A DNA stretch of 64,000 bases from NCBI GenBank assembly GCA_043228905.1, contig JBHGNT010000005.1:16864001-16928000 (forward strand), written 5' to 3'. Positions 61,380-64,000 of this stretch are shown piece by piece; the stretch's first letter is position 1, and each line of letters begins with the position of its first letter. Position numbers and translations under genes: made by a program. The notes under the pieces are model-generated. The model made no database searches. It saw only the letters and a program-made list of their open reading frames with translations, and was not told where the DNA came from. This stretch comes from Azolla caroliniana (lineage: Eukaryota; Plantae; Polypodiophyta).

Positions 61380-62500
61380 ATACATCTAAAGGACCAAGAT
61401 TTGTTGCATCATAAAGTCAACTACATCTACGTTTCCATAATACCCATAACGTTATCGTAGTCGTTTTTTTCCATACATGGACATATCGCACCTGCTTTCA
61501 AGGTTCCTGAAATGGACTAACTGATATCAATCTTTATATTGTGTACCGTCATGGCCTCGTGAATATCGTCTACCTGATACAACATCAAGCTGGAATGTAA
61601 AACTCCCCACGTCGTTGCTCCCCATGAGAACAAGCAACCAACATTGATCGTTAGGAATAAAGAAAGAACTTTATTCCATACTTCCTTGGTAGTCTCCTGA
61701 GTTGCATAGCAAAAGCCACATTGCTTGAGTTTAGATGCTACATTCCCTTTCAAATGACTAGCCAACTACGGAACCGCGAAACTGTTAAACCGAACCAGTA
61801 AACATTTTTCAAACCGTAAAAACTGTGGTTTCGTGGTTCGGTTTCGGTTTTCAACATAGGTCAAACTTTTTATTTTTTAAAATTTATAATATTTCATTTT
61901 TTAAAATTTTTAAAATTTTCAAGATGTTATAAAATGTGAGAATAAGGTATAAAAATGAAAAGATTCTTTTAAAAAAAAATTTAATTTTTTAGATTTTTTT
62001 TTCAATTTTTACAATTATTTTTAAAAAAATTTAAAAATTATAAATTAAAAACCGTTAACCGTTTAAACCACGGTTTTTTACTGTTGAAACCGAACCGAAC
62101 CATTTTAAAAAACCCAAACCTAAACCGAACCGTTGAAACCGTTAAGCCGTTAAACCGCGATTTCACGATTCGATTCGATTCGATTCGATTCGATTCAAAC
62201 CGAACCATTGCCGATTGTTACTACAAACGTTGCATGCACTAGTAGCCATCTAAAAAGGATAAATTTAGTGGGACCCTTGAAAGACCAGATCCATCTCCAA
62301 TAGTTTTTCAACTCCAAAGTTGAAACACCCCCGTTAGTCCAATGTTTTTGAGTTGTTGGCATCGTTACATTCCTAGACATCAATAATGACCTTCCAAGCT
62401 TCACTGAATACTGAAAGAAGGGAACCTTTATGATCAAAGTTGAAACACTTTGATCGGGTAACAATTCAGACTCTATTGAATGGGTGGGGAATTCTTGTTA
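61380..62500 (-). pseudogene. Degraded LINE C-terminal (zf-RVT-like) fragment interrupted by a MITE-like insert
   Basis: YWRWIWSFKGPTKFILFRWLLVH (62195-62464) followed by CGFC..VWNKV (61517-61765). Confidence 0.5.
61767..62212. mobile_element. MITE-like remnant with AAACCG/CGGTTT subterminal motifs
   Basis: Dense AAACCG(AACC) repeats at both ends around an AT-rich core, as in plant hAT-type MITEs. No TIR or TSD recognised. Confidence 0.5.
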
Positions 62501-64000
62501 GATTAACCTTGCTATTGGACACTCTAATTAGGAATGTGGGATAAAGCAACAATGGTTAAAACAAACCCACCACGACTTACGTAACATTTTAGCTTGTCAA
62601 GTCAACACAAATATAAGACGATATGAGGAATATTATAGTTGGGGTTTGGGGATGAATGGGAGAAACAGTTTACGTGACTACCATTGTATTGCTTACACTT
62701 TTACTTGTCATGGTCTAATTCAGGATGCAATCATGCACCGTTATTTAATCATCTTCAATCCATCATTTGTAACAGACTAACCAAATTCCTTTCAAAAGAT
62801 GTTCATTACTTTTCAAATCTCTGTAATAGCATTGAATGCATTTTCACTTGGTTTATCCTTAATATGTAATATATTTTTGTTTTTTCTTCCAAAAATGTAT
62901 TTTTGTTTTCTTTTCCAAAGAAAAGATGTTAGATCAATATTAAGAAACATCCTAATGTTGTACATGAAATAAGTACATACAAGTAATTACCCCCATTTTT
63001 TTACCAAGGTTAAGATCTAATTATCTACTTAAATAAATACTTATGTGTACAATAAACCACTCCACCTTGTCAAAAAATTGTGTATAGAATATATATTTGT
63101 CTAAAATGGCATGAAACTCCAAACATTGTAATTTTGCCTGTTGAGTGTTACCCTTTATGTTATCCAAAGAACCTCTTAGATTATGCACAATCTTTGTCGA
63201 AATCCTAGTAATTGTCTGAATAGGCATTCCTATCACATTTCAAAATACCTTTAAGCACCTAGCCTTTTAAATATACCAAATCGTAATGCGACTTACCTAT
63301 TGCTATATTTGTGTTTTGCCAATAGCTATTTTTGGATTCAAGTGTATAGTTGTTGCTTGCATTGCACCATGTCTTAGAGAAAGTGCATCTATAACACCCT
63401 CCTGATCGTATAACATTGGTTGCTCTTGTACAACCACCCATAATGTGATCCACTTTTCAATAAAGTTCTCTAGGATCCCAAGTTAACTTGGACATTGGTC
63501 CCTTTTTCTTAATCCAAAACCTCCATAAAAGTTTCAGCTTTTGTGGATTCTGATCTATGAACCAGCTCATTCCATATATTTACTACCACCTTCACTTCTT
63601 TTTATGAACAAAAACAAAATAGATCATTTTCTATGTGCAATATAACCTACTATTGGCATGCACATCAAAAGTCATGAAACCTATTAACCCCATATATAAC
63701 ATTACTCCAATCAAAAGATTCATATGTATCGAAGATCCAAATTGCATGTTCACATTATAAAAGATGGTTTTTATTAGAGAAAACATTATTGTTCCTCCCC
63801 TTATCTTATTAATACGTTTTTTACTTTAAGGTAACAATTATTATATTGTTAATGGTGGTATCTCGAATGAATTCAAAATAAAACTATCTAGCGACCTAGT
63901 TCCTGACTATGACAAGTCATGGATATTAGTAAATGATGACTTGGTTCCTAAAAGAAATTGGCTATGTAGACTAGTATCTAGCCTTGGCAACAACTTAGGA

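Noticed and set aside
62500-64000. Short ORFs in the AT-rich tail
   Set aside because: No motifs or convincing exon structure; no gene call is supportable.

Overview
This is eukaryotic, transposon-dense DNA, probably from a non-seed land plant (inferred from the element families, spliceosomal introns and plant tRNA-type primer sites). I see no ordinary host gene. Bases 1-52 kb are a deep nest of Ty3/gypsy and Ty1/copia LTR retrotransposons, most with resolvable LTR, PBS and TSD boundaries. The rest holds LINE debris, a young near-intact copia (53635-58927) and a MITE-like remnant. The main find is an 8.6-kb cut-and-paste DNA transposon (32751-41380; 36-bp TIRs, 4-bp TSD) inserted in a gypsy integrase. 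It encodes an intact Sola-like DDE transposase and, divergently, an intron-containing gene fusing a ParB-like domain to a bacterial-type beta-class N4C/N6A DNA methyltransferase. Intron 1 of that gene holds about 9 tandem palindromes that could be parS-like sites. A second unusual signal: three gypsy-type elements carry a copy of a tRNA-Arg 3' end exactly where the polypurine tract should be, suggesting tRNA-primed plus-strand synthesis. All calls were made by eye with no database searches, so family names and novelty claims need checking. Letters A-L are my own element labels.
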